Virus record (IMG/VR): IMGVR_UViG_3300050501_000377
Strand: one strand, 5' to 3'
Length of the DNA: 64,000 bases
Origin: a virus
Position numbers and translations under genes: made by a program. Shown in pieces: positions 38,837-46,370 of this stretch (its first letter is position 1; each line of letters starts with the position of its first letter). The notes under the pieces were generated by a model. That model had not been told where the DNA came from, did no database searches, and was given only the letters and a program-made list of their open reading frames with translations.

Positions 38837-40084
38837 ATGATGCAGTGCAGGAGCTGCCGCGGGAGCCTCGATTCGTTTCTCGACCTGGGAAGCATCCAGC
38901 TGTCGGGGTATCTCGAACCGGAGGAGGACCGCCGGCCGCGGGTGCCGCTGGTGCTCGCCGCGTGTGTCGAGTGCGGGCTGGTGCAGCTGCAGGACACCAC
39001 GCCGCGCGAGCTGCTGTTCGAGCGCTACTGGTATCAGTCGGGGATCAACGAGGTGATGAAGGCGGAGCTGCACGATGTCGTCGATGCCGCACGCCGACGG
39101 GTGCCGGCGACCGAGGAGTATGTCGTCTTCGACCTGGGCGCGAACGACGGCACGCTGCTGGCGCGCTACGCCGACGAGCGGCTGGCCCTGCCGAAGCCGC
39201 TGCGGGTGGCGTTCGAGCCGGCCAAGAACCTGCAGGCGCGTCTGCAGCCGCACGCCGACATGGTCATCGCCAGCTACTTCCCCGACCAGTACTCGGTGGT
39301 GCGGCAGTTCGAGCACAAGGTCAACGTGATCACCTCGATCGCGATGTTCTACGCGGTGAATGATCTGGCGACCTTCCTCACCGCCGTGCAGGCGCTGCTG
39401 CACCCGAACGGCGTCTGGATCGTCCAGATGCAGGATCTTGCCGGAATGCTCCGCGCCCGCGCCTTCGACAACGTCTGTCACGAGCACCTGGCGTATTACT
39501 CGCTGCACACCTTCAAGCACCTGGTCGAACGCTTCGGGCTGGTGGTGACGGATGTCGAGTTGCGCCAGATCAACGGGGGCAGCTACCGGATCTACGTCCA
39601 GCACCCGGGCCATCCGGTCAGCCCGCACGTCGCCCAGACCCTGGCGGAGGAGGCCTGGTGCCAGGAGTGGTCGACGCTGGAGCGCTTCGCCTGGAATGTC
39701 CGGCAGGTGCGGCAGCAGATCCGCGCGACGCTCGATGTGCGCCGCGGCCTCGGCCAGACGATCGACCTCTACGGCGCGAGCACCAAGGCGAACACGCTCT
39801 TGCAGGTCTGTGAACTGAACCGCAACTGGCTGCGGCAGGCGTGGGAGCGCAGCCCCGAGAAGATCGGGCGGCGCACCGTCGCCACCAACATCCCGATCGT
39901 CAGCGAGGAGACGGGGCGGATGGACCCGCCCGATGCGCTGCTGGTCGGCATCTGGCAGTTCCGCGACGCGGTGATTGCGCGCGAGGCCAAGTTCCTGCAC
40001 CAGGAGCGCGGCACGCTGATCTTCCCGCTGCCGAGCGTCGACATCGTCACCGCCAGGAGCACCATCCATGCAGCTCACGCTTGA
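38837..40084 (+). CDS. NDP-hexose C-methyltransferase-type enzyme (zinc ribbon + SAM MTase + C-terminal C-MT domain)
   Basis: N-terminal CRSCRG...CVECGLVQL zinc ribbon, VVFDLGANDGTLL SAM loop, CHEHLAYYSL, and a C-terminal LYGASTKANTLLQ Rossmann-like domain. I recall this architecture from TylCIII-type sugar C-methyltransferases. Confidence 0.75.
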   Translation: MMQCRSCRGSLDSFLDLGSIQLSGYLEPEEDRRPRVPLVLAACVECGLVQLQDTTPRELLFERYWYQSGINEVMKAELHDVVDAARRRVPATEEYVVFDLGANDGTLLARYADERLALPKPLRVAFEPAKNLQARLQPHADMVIASYFPDQYSVVRQFEHKVNVITSIAMFYAVNDLATFLTAVQALLHPNGVWIVQMQDLAGMLRARAFDNVCHEHLAYYSLHTFKHLVERFGLVVTDVELRQINGGSYRIYVQHPGHPVSPHVAQTLAEEAWCQEWSTLERFAWNVRQVRQQIRATLDVRRGLGQTIDLYGASTKANTLLQVCELNRNWLRQAWERSPEKIGRRTVATNIPIVSEETGRMDPPDALLVGIWQFRDAVIAREAKFLHQERGTLIFPLPSVDIVTARSTIHAAHA

Positions 40085-40175
40085 GATCGGGGGGAATTTG
40101 CTGGCGGCGCTGGTGGTCGGGGTGCTGGCGGTGCTGGTGATTCAGTGGTGGCGGTTTCGTAGCGGGAGGCGGTAG
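40068..40175 (+). CDS. small hydrophobic peptide, 35 aa
   Basis: MQLTLEIGGNLLAALVVGVLAVLVIQWWRFRSGRR with AGGAGC 8 nt upstream. It overlaps the C-MT gene end by 17 nt. Confidence 0.35.
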   Translation: MQLTLEIGGNLLAALVVGVLAVLVIQWWRFRSGRR

Positions 40176-40393
40176 TGAGAAGCAGTGATATGATGCATAT
40201 GCTACCTGCTGCGGCTGACCCGACTAAGATGCTCACGCTCGAACAGGTTGCCGAGCAGCTGCAGATCGAGCCGCGTGCGGTACGCAAGCTGTGCGCCCGC
40301 GGTGATCTGGAGTACGTGAAGATTGGGCCGAAGACGCTGCGCTTCAAACCCGAGTGGATCGACGCACTCATCAAACGAAAGCAGGGACGGTAG
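40175..40393 (+). CDS. xis: excisionase / MerR-type HTH DNA-binding protein
   Basis: LTLEQVAEQLQIEPRAVRKLCARGDLEYVKIGPKTLRFKPEWIDALI is the excisionase-family HTH-plus-wing pattern. It lies immediately upstream of the integrase. GTG start after GGGAGG; internal Met starts are possible. Confidence 0.65.
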   Translation: MRSSDMMHMLPAAADPTKMLTLEQVAEQLQIEPRAVRKLCARGDLEYVKIGPKTLRFKPEWIDALIKRKQGR

Positions 40394-41599
40394 ATGGCGA
40401 AGTGGAAGGATGGCGTCGCGATGCGGGGCAAGACCTGGTGGATCCGCGCACAGCACGAGGGCGATCGAACCTCAGGTTTCGGCTCGGTGAAGAAGTTCGC
40501 GTTCCTGCTCGAACCGCACCAGCCGATCCCGACGACGAAGACCGATACGATGATGCTGAAGCGCCGCGTCGAGGACTGGTTGGTACGGGGGAAGCCGATG
40601 CCGACACCGAAGGTAGAAGCGCCAGCGCCGGTCGTCGAGCTGCACGGCTACGACTTGATCAACCGCTGGATCGCGACCAAGACGCGCAAGCAATCAGCAG
40701 CCGACTTGTCAAAGGAGCGCGCCGCGCAGCAGGCGTTCGGCGCGCTGCCGTTGTCGAAGTGGGAGAACGCCGAGACCTTCCGCGACTACGTCACGCGGAT
40801 GACCGACGCCGGCTTCCAGATCGCCACGCCGAACCGCGTCCTCGCCGCCGTCGTCCGTCCGGCGCTGCTGTGGGGGTTGAACCAGCGTCCCGCTCTCGTC
40901 ACCTTCAATCCGTTCGGTCGCTACCAGTTCAAGATCGACATCAAGGCCGAGAACAGACGCACCGAGCGCTGCGACCCGAACAGCGAGGCGTGGCTGTTGG
41001 AGATGTGCTACGGGCCGCTCGCCACCGCGAAGCACCGGAAGGCAGGGCCGGCGCTCGCCGACTACATCATCCTTGGGATCGACTTCGGGGCGCGGGCGGG
41101 CGAGCTACTCAACCTGAAGAACCAGGACGTCGACTGGCACGCCTGCACCGTCACCCTCCGACGCACCAAGCGCGGCGAGTTCCGCGTGGTGCCGTTCAAT
41201 CCAGTCGGGCGCGTGGCGGAGATCCTCAAACGCCGCCGGTTCGCTGGCGCTGCGGCCTACGTGGTCACGCTGCGGAAGGTCTTCAAGCTCTGGGTCCAGG
41301 CGGTCTGCCTCGTCCACGGTATCCCGTGCGAGTACCTCGGGCGCGGCAAGTACTTCACCGCGGAGACTCGCGAGGCGTACAAGGCCGCGAACCTGCGCCC
41401 GCACGACTTCCGGCACGAGGCGGCGACGTGGTGGGGACTGTGCGGCGTGTCGGACGCGACCGCGAAGTTCCTGCAGGGGCACACCTCGCAGGCCGATACG
41501 CACGGGCGCTACAAGCACGAGGAGCTGCGGCTGGCGACGCAGGAGCTGCGGGAGAAGGTCTGGTCGCGTGAGAACGAGCGGGCGCAGAAGACGGCGTGA
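40394..41599 (+). CDS. int: tyrosine integrase
   Basis: The C-terminal catalytic region has HDFRHEAATWW (HxxR) and GHTSQADTHGRYKH (catalytic Tyr). 401 aa, adjacent to a tRNA. Confidence 0.85.
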   Translation: MAKWKDGVAMRGKTWWIRAQHEGDRTSGFGSVKKFAFLLEPHQPIPTTKTDTMMLKRRVEDWLVRGKPMPTPKVEAPAPVVELHGYDLINRWIATKTRKQSAADLSKERAAQQAFGALPLSKWENAETFRDYVTRMTDAGFQIATPNRVLAAVVRPALLWGLNQRPALVTFNPFGRYQFKIDIKAENRRTERCDPNSEAWLLEMCYGPLATAKHRKAGPALADYIILGIDFGARAGELLNLKNQDVDWHACTVTLRRTKRGEFRVVPFNPVGRVAEILKRRRFAGAAAYVVTLRKVFKLWVQAVCLVHGIPCEYLGRGKYFTAETREAYKAANLRPHDFRHEAATWWGLCGVSDATAKFLQGHTSQADTHGRYKHEELRLATQELREKVWSRENERAQKTA

Positions 41600-41675
41600 T
41601 GGTGGCGAGGGCCAGAATCGAACTGGCGACACCTGCATTTTCAGTGCAGTGCTCTACCGACTGAGCTACCTCGCC
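41600..41675 (-). tRNA. tRNA-Phe(GAA): tRNA-Phe (anticodon GAA), full length with encoded CCA
   Basis: The reverse complement GGCGAGGTAGCTCAGTCGGTAGAGCACTGCACTGAAAATGCAGGTGTCGCCAGTTCGATTCTGGCCCTCGCCACCA folds by hand into a cloverleaf. Acceptor GGCGAGG/CCTCGCC, D stem GCTC/GAGC, anticodon stem CTGCA/TGCAG with loop CTGAAAA, T stem GCCAG/CTGGC with TTCGATT. Confidence 0.85.
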
Positions 41676-41685
41676 AAACCGGTCT

Positions 41686-41711
41686 CCAAGTGGATCAAAA
41701 GTGGATCAAAA
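41686..41711. repeat. 26-bp arm-type repeat, copy 1 (internally tandem GTGGATCAAAA x2)
   Basis: ccaagtggatcaaaagtggatcaaaa is identical to 41877-41902. Confidence 0.85.
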
Positions 41712-41876
41712 GTAGGCCGATGACCGAAATCCTTAGCAATTTCGCACGAGAACAGGGATTTTCAGTCCCAATTTTCCGCCCGAAAAGCCCCGAGAAGCGA
41801 CCCGCTTCCACCCGCACCCTCGATTTTCCTAACAAATTACGACCTGACCGTACCCGACCGTACCCCACGTTTCTCA

Positions 41877-41902
41877 CCAAGTGGATCAAAAGTGGATCAA
41901 AA
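41877..41902. repeat. 26-bp arm-type repeat, copy 2
   Basis: Exact direct repeat of 41686-41711. The 165-bp lower-GC DNA between the copies also holds gaccgtaccc x2 and three gattttc motifs. Confidence 0.85.
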
Positions 41903-41972
41903 AACGGTACATGAAACGACCGATTTTCGTCCGTTCGGAGGATTGACACGGCCTGCTGACCCGTGGGCGGTG

Positions 41973-42758
41973 ATGCCGGTGCTGGCCCATCCGCCCTACA
42001 CCGAAGCAGCGATCGCCGACGTCCTCGCGCAGACCCTGCCCTGCCGCCTGCTGGTGGTCAACCAGGGCGTCGACACCGACTTCAGAAGGCGCCTGGAGCG
42101 CATCAGTGAGGAGCACCCGCGCGTGCTCGTGTGGAGCCACCAGCCGCCGCTGCCGAGTTTGGCGTGGACGTGGAACCGGGCGCTCGACTTCTGCTGGGCC
42201 GCGGGCGCGCACCAGGCGCTGGTGGTGAACAACGACGTGCGGCTGGCGCCCAACACACTGTCGCTGCTCCTCGACGAGCTGCAGATCGCCAACGCGCTGT
42301 TTGTCACCGCCGTCGGTGTGAGCAAGCAGCAGTTCGCGCCGGGACAGCTCGCGCTCACCGAGGGGGGCAACGGCAAGGGCGGCCCCGACTTCAGCTGCTT
42401 CCTCGTCAGCCAGGCGTGCCACCAGCGCTTCCGCTTCGACGTGAACTTCGTGCCGGCGCACTGCGAGGACCTCGACTACCACCGCCGGCTGATGCTCGCC
42501 GGGGAGGGACGACGGATCTACAGCATCAACGTGCCGTTCCTGCACTACGGCGCGACCACGTTGAAGAGTGTCGACGCGGCGACGCGCGAGCGGATCGAGC
42601 GGCAGACCGCGGCGTATGCGCGGACCTATTACGCGCGCAAGTGGGGCGGGCCGGTGAACGCGGAGCGCTACCGCGTGATGTTCGACGGCGAGCCGGTCGA
42701 GGGCGTGACGACGCCCGAGCTGCAGGAGGCGACATGGGCAAGCGACCAGACGAGTTGA
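41973..42758 (+). CDS. glycosyltransferase family 2-like (GT-A)
   Basis: VMPVLAHPPYTEAAIADVLAQTLPCRLLVVNQGVD...WTWNRALDFCWAAGAHQALVVNNDVRL is the typical GT2 N-terminal half. The upstream part of the track ORF runs through the repeat and is rejected. Start is ATG 41973 or GTG 41970. Confidence 0.65.
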   Translation: MPVLAHPPYTEAAIADVLAQTLPCRLLVVNQGVDTDFRRRLERISEEHPRVLVWSHQPPLPSLAWTWNRALDFCWAAGAHQALVVNNDVRLAPNTLSLLLDELQIANALFVTAVGVSKQQFAPGQLALTEGGNGKGGPDFSCFLVSQACHQRFRFDVNFVPAHCEDLDYHRRLMLAGEGRRIYSINVPFLHYGATTLKSVDAATRERIERQTAAYARTYYARKWGGPVNAERYRVMFDGEPVEGVTTPELQEATWASDQTS

Positions 42759-43030
42759 ACGTCAGCGACGCGCCGCTTGATGCAGCGCCGCGCGACGCAC
42801 CGGACCCGCGCGACCCGCGCGCGACCGAGTGGTATCGCTTCACACAGGACATCGAGGACCTGCTCAACACCGGGCGCTACAACTGGGCCGAGCCGACGCT
42901 GCGGGATATTGCGTTGACGGTCGAGCGGACCCAGCGCGTGACCGAGGGGCAGAAGAAGGCGATCGCGAATATCGAAGCGGCGCGGCAGAAGGGGAGGCGG
43001 CGGTATGAAGGGTACTGGAGACGCCTGTGA
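42734..43030 (+). CDS. hypothetical protein, 98 aa
   Basis: Internal ATG of track ORF 42131..43030, preceded by CAGGAGG. Translation MGKRPDELNVSDAPLD...TEWYRFTQDIEDLLNTGRYNW.... Confidence 0.5.
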   Translation: MGKRPDELNVSDAPLDAAPRDAPDPRDPRATEWYRFTQDIEDLLNTGRYNWAEPTLRDIALTVERTQRVTEGQKKAIANIEAARQKGRRRYEGYWRRL

Positions 43031-43214
43031 TGCCGCGGGCAAGCTGGCGCGCATGACCTGCGGCGTGTGCCAAGGCACGACGTGGCGCCGCCACGGCGCG
43101 CTCTACGACACGATCGCTCGCGTCGTCACCGAGTTTGCCGAGTGCCAGGGCTGCGGGGCGAGCTACCTGTACCAGCGCAAGCCGACCAAGGAGGAAGCGC
43201 GTGGCGCAGCTTAG
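43005..43214 (+). CDS. small zinc-finger protein, 69 aa
   Basis: CGVCQGTTW...CQGCG; GGGGAGGCGG upstream. Confidence 0.45.
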   Translation: MKGTGDACDAAGKLARMTCGVCQGTTWRRHGALYDTIARVVTEFAECQGCGASYLYQRKPTKEEARGAA

Positions 43215-46209
43215 TCATCCGCCTGGGTGTCGCGGCTGCGTGCTCGACGAGCGCGGCGAAGGCTTCGCGCCCGCGGATGGTCCGCCCGAGAGCTGGCTGC
43301 TGCTGGTCGGCGAGTCGCTCGGCAAGGTCGAGGCGCTCACCGGCCGGCCGTTCATGGGCGACGCGGGCGGGATGCTGACGCGGCTGCTGAATCTGCTCGG
43401 CTGGAGACGCGACGCGATCCGCATCCACAACACGATCAGCTGCCACCCGCCTAACGACTGGTTCGACGAACGCGCGCCCTGGTACTACTCGGCGATGGGG
43501 CACTGCCCGTACCTGAAAGACACGCTCGATGAAGGCCACCAGGTCGTGGTGCCGATGGGGATGGCGGCGCTCAGGCGGGTGCTGCACCTCGAACACAAGA
43601 AGAAGGTGCGCGTCCAGGACTTCCACGGCAGCGTCGTGCGCGACCCGACCGATCGCTTCTGGGTGGTGCCGACCTTCCACCCGAGCTACCTGCAGCGCGG
43701 CGCGACGAATCTGATCGGCACGGTGCTGTGGGACCTGCAGCGGGCCGAGCAGGCGAGAGACCACGGGCGGCCGACGGACGACTACTCGCTGGTCGTCGAC
43801 CCGCCGGTCGAGTGGTTCCGCGCCTGGGTCGATCAGGTGATCGCTGCGAGATGTCAGGACCCGGGCGCCTACCCGATCTCCAGTGACGTCGAGACACCGG
43901 ACAAGGCCGGCGGCCAGGACGAGGGCGAGATCGGCGCCGACGACGTCAGCTTCCAGCTGCTGCGGCACAACGTGAGTTGTCACCCCGATGAGGGCGTGAC
44001 GGTGCCGCACGCCGGCCCGTATCTCGATGAGCTGAAGAGACTGTACGCGTCGCCCGGGCAGATCTGGATGTGGAACCGCGAGTACGACTTCGTGCGGCAG
44101 GTGCGCGCCGAGCTAATGAGAGAGATCGACTCGACGCGGGTGGTGGATTTGATGTGGCTGTGGCACTTCCTGCAGAGCGACCTGCCGCGAGGGTTAGGGT
44201 TCGTCGCGCCGTTCTACAGCGGGTATGGTCCCTGGAAGCACCTCGCCGCGGAAGAGCCAGCCAAATACGGGGCGATCGACGGACTGCAGACGCACCGGGT
44301 CGGGTTCGGGATCCTGACCGACCTGCAGCAGCAGGGGATGTATCAGGTGGCGATGCGGCATACGCACCGGCTGCTGACCGAGGTCCTGCGGCCGGCGCAG
44401 CTGGTGGGCGTCAAGGTCGACCGGGCGGGACTGCTGGTGTTCAAGCAGGAGCTGGTCGACAAGGCGCGCGAGAAGCTGGAGACGCTCCAGGGATGCGTTC
44501 CCGAGGCGCTCGCCCCCCTGACCCCCAAGGAGGGGCTACGCCGCCCGCCAGCGGCCGATCTCCTGCATGTGAAGGCGAGTGCCTTCACCCGGAAAGGGAC
44601 GCTCAGAAAGGGCAAGCCGTCGAGTGAGATCAAACAGGAGCTGTATGCCAAAGCCAGGATTGTCGAGAAGCTCGTCCTCCGGGAGATCCTCGTCTGCCGC
44701 AGTTGTGGCGGTCGTGAAGTGGCTCGACGACATCGCTGCCTCGCTCCAGCAGACGCGGCTGGAGGTGGAGGCGTTGATCTTGTCGTTGCGACTGTCAGCC
44801 GCTGGTTCTGGCAGGAACCCTTCAACCCCGACAGCGTCCCCCAGGTCCTCGCCTACATCAAGCACCGCAAGCACCACCCCGGCCGAGCGAAAAAGAGCCA
44901 GAGCGAAGAAAGCACCAACCGCGAAACCCTAGAGCGGCTGGCGCGCACGACCCGGGATCCGTTCTACAGCGCGCTGCTCGATTACCGCGCGATCGGCAAG
45001 GTCAAAGGGACCTATGTCGAGGGGACGGAGAGAAGACTGGACGCGGAGGATCGGCTGCACCCGACGCCGACCTTCAAGCCGTCAACCATGCGGCTGAGTT
45101 ATACGAACCCGAACATCACCAATGTGGTCGCCGACAAGGACAGCCAGCGCAACCTCGCCGCCGGGTTCAGGAAATGCATCGTCGCTGAGGCTGGCTGCCG
45201 GCTGCTCGAAGTCGACTTCGCCGCGATTGAGGCAGTCGAGACGGGCTGGTGTGCGCGTGATGCGGAGTACTACCGCCTCGCCAAGCTCGGTGTCCACGCC
45301 GCCCTGGTGACGCATGTCCTCGGGCAGCCCTACGACCCGAGCCAGAGTGACGTGGCGCTCGCCACGCTGTTCAAGCGGGTGAAGCACGACCACCACGAGA
45401 TCTACGAGCCGGCGAAGCGCTACATCCACGGGCGCAGCTACGGCCTGACGGTACCGGGGATGACGCTGCAGTTCCCGCACCTGTTTCCGACCCATGCGGT
45501 GGGCGAGAAGTATGCGCGCATCTTCGAGCGGATGGCTCCCGGCGTCGCGGACTGGCAGCGGCAGACGCAGCTGCGCGCCAGCCGGCAGCATTATCTCGGT
45601 GGCGCTGGCGACCATCCCTTCGCCTATAAGCACTGGTTCTGGTCCGTCTACAGCTACAAGCGTCTGACCCAGACGCAGTACTACCGCCTGGTCGCGAAGT
45701 ACGAGCGCCAGGGGCAGCCGCCGCCGTGCGTCGAGATCAACGGGCAGCATTTCAAAGTCAGTCTAGGCGAAGACGGCAAGCGCGTCCTGGCCTTCTACCC
45801 GCAAAGCATTGCAACCGGCGTGCTCAAGGAGGCGATGATCCGGTTGCTGGCGGAGCCGGAGAGTCCGAGCTACATCGGCGATGCGTATTACGGGAAGACG
45901 CCGCTGCGCGCCCCGATTCACGACTCGCTGCTGCTGGAGATCCCGGATCGGCAGTGGGACCGGGTGTTCGAGACGGTCTGTATGGAGATGCAACGGCCGG
46001 TGATTGAACAGCCGCTGCCCGAGACCTGGTACCGGGAGGCGGGCGACTGCGTCGCGATCGGCGTGGCGGCGAAGGCGGGGCAGAACTGGGCGGAGATGGA
46101 AGAGGTCGCGGTGCCGGGGTACAGCAGCGACTGGCACGCCGAGCCGATCGCGGAGCCGATCGAGACCGAGGACGAGGACGACTGGGCCGACCTCGGGCGC
46201 GCCGTGTGA
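43201..46209 (+). CDS. family A DNA polymerase with 3'-5' exonuclease and an N-terminal uracil-DNA-glycosylase-like (family 4 type) domain
   Basis: UDG-like LLLVGESLGKVEALTGRPFMGDAGGML and TFHPSYLQRG. Exo motif ISSDVETPD. Pol motifs LLEVDFAAIEAV (A), KRYIHGRSYGL (B) and PIHDSLLLEI (C). GTG 43201 is preceded by AAGGAGGA. Confidence 0.9.
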   Translation: MAQLSHPPGCRGCVLDERGEGFAPADGPPESWLLLVGESLGKVEALTGRPFMGDAGGMLTRLLNLLGWRRDAIRIHNTISCHPPNDWFDERAPWYYSAMGHCPYLKDTLDEGHQVVVPMGMAALRRVLHLEHKKKVRVQDFHGSVVRDPTDRFWVVPTFHPSYLQRGATNLIGTVLWDLQRAEQARDHGRPTDDYSLVVDPPVEWFRAWVDQVIAARCQDPGAYPISSDVETPDKAGGQDEGEIGADDVSFQLLRHNVSCHPDEGVTVPHAGPYLDELKRLYASPGQIWMWNREYDFVRQVRAELMREIDSTRVVDLMWLWHFLQSDLPRGLGFVAPFYSGYGPWKHLAAEEPAKYGAIDGLQTHRVGFGILTDLQQQGMYQVAMRHTHRLLTEVLRPAQLVGVKVDRAGLLVFKQELVDKAREKLETLQGCVPEALAPLTPKEGLRRPPAADLLHVKASAFTRKGTLRKGKPSSEIKQELYAKARIVEKLVLREILVCRSCGGREVARRHRCLAPADAAGGGGVDLVVATVSRWFWQEPFNPDSVPQVLAYIKHRKHHPGRAKKSQSEESTNRETLERLARTTRDPFYSALLDYRAIGKVKGTYVEGTERRLDAEDRLHPTPTFKPSTMRLSYTNPNITNVVADKDSQRNLAAGFRKCIVAEAGCRLLEVDFAAIEAVETGWCARDAEYYRLAKLGVHAALVTHVLGQPYDPSQSDVALATLFKRVKHDHHEIYEPAKRYIHGRSYGLTVPGMTLQFPHLFPTHAVGEKYARIFERMAPGVADWQRQTQLRASRQHYLGGAGDHPFAYKHWFWSVYSYKRLTQTQYYRLVAKYERQGQPPPCVEINGQHFKVSLGEDGKRVLAFYPQSIATGVLKEAMIRLLAEPESPSYIGDAYYGKTPLRAPIHDSLLLEIPDRQWDRVFETVCMEMQRPVIEQPLPETWYREAGDCVAIGVAAKAGQNWAEMEEVAVPGYSSDWHAEPIAEPIETEDEDDWADLGRAV

Positions 46210-46273
46210 GTCAAGCGGCCTGCACGCATCTGCACGAATTGTCCACGCCAGACTGTGCAATCCCGAGAACGGA

Positions 46274-46328
46274 AACTCGAGTTTGCTCGAGCGCAAACTT
46301 GACAAGCATATGCTTCATCGAGTAATGT
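46274..46328 (+). promoter_or_regulatory. promoter with operator-like palindromes
   Basis: TTGACA (46299-46304), 18-nt spacer containing AGCATATGCT, then TAATGT (46323-46328). Upstream overlapping palindromes are AAACTCGAGTTT (46274-46285) and GTTTGC-N6-GCAAAC. Confidence 0.5.
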
Positions 46329-46370
46329 ATATGTATCGTGAGCATGAGGCTTGCGATGGAGGAGTGAGCG

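Noticed and set aside
27410-40084. Assertion that the sugar/methyl transferases hypermodify phage DNA
   Set aside because: No pyrimidine hydroxymethylase, DNA kinase, deazapurine or other base-modification gene is visible. It is kept only as one of three hypotheses for the island.
41690-41949. ORFs 41690..41914 (+) and 41695..41949 (-), and the 41892 start of the GT2 ORF
   Set aside because: They are composed of the GTGGATCAAAA repeats and low-GC spacer, with no RBS and no coding bias.
41600-41972. tRNA-Phe as a host/prophage junction (attL or attR) with host DNA beyond it
   Set aside because: Clearly phage-type genes (GT2, DNA polymerase, virion proteins) continue past the tRNA on the same scale. 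I found no second copy of the tRNA 3' segment in the window by eye, so attP in a non-integrated or permuted representation is more consistent.
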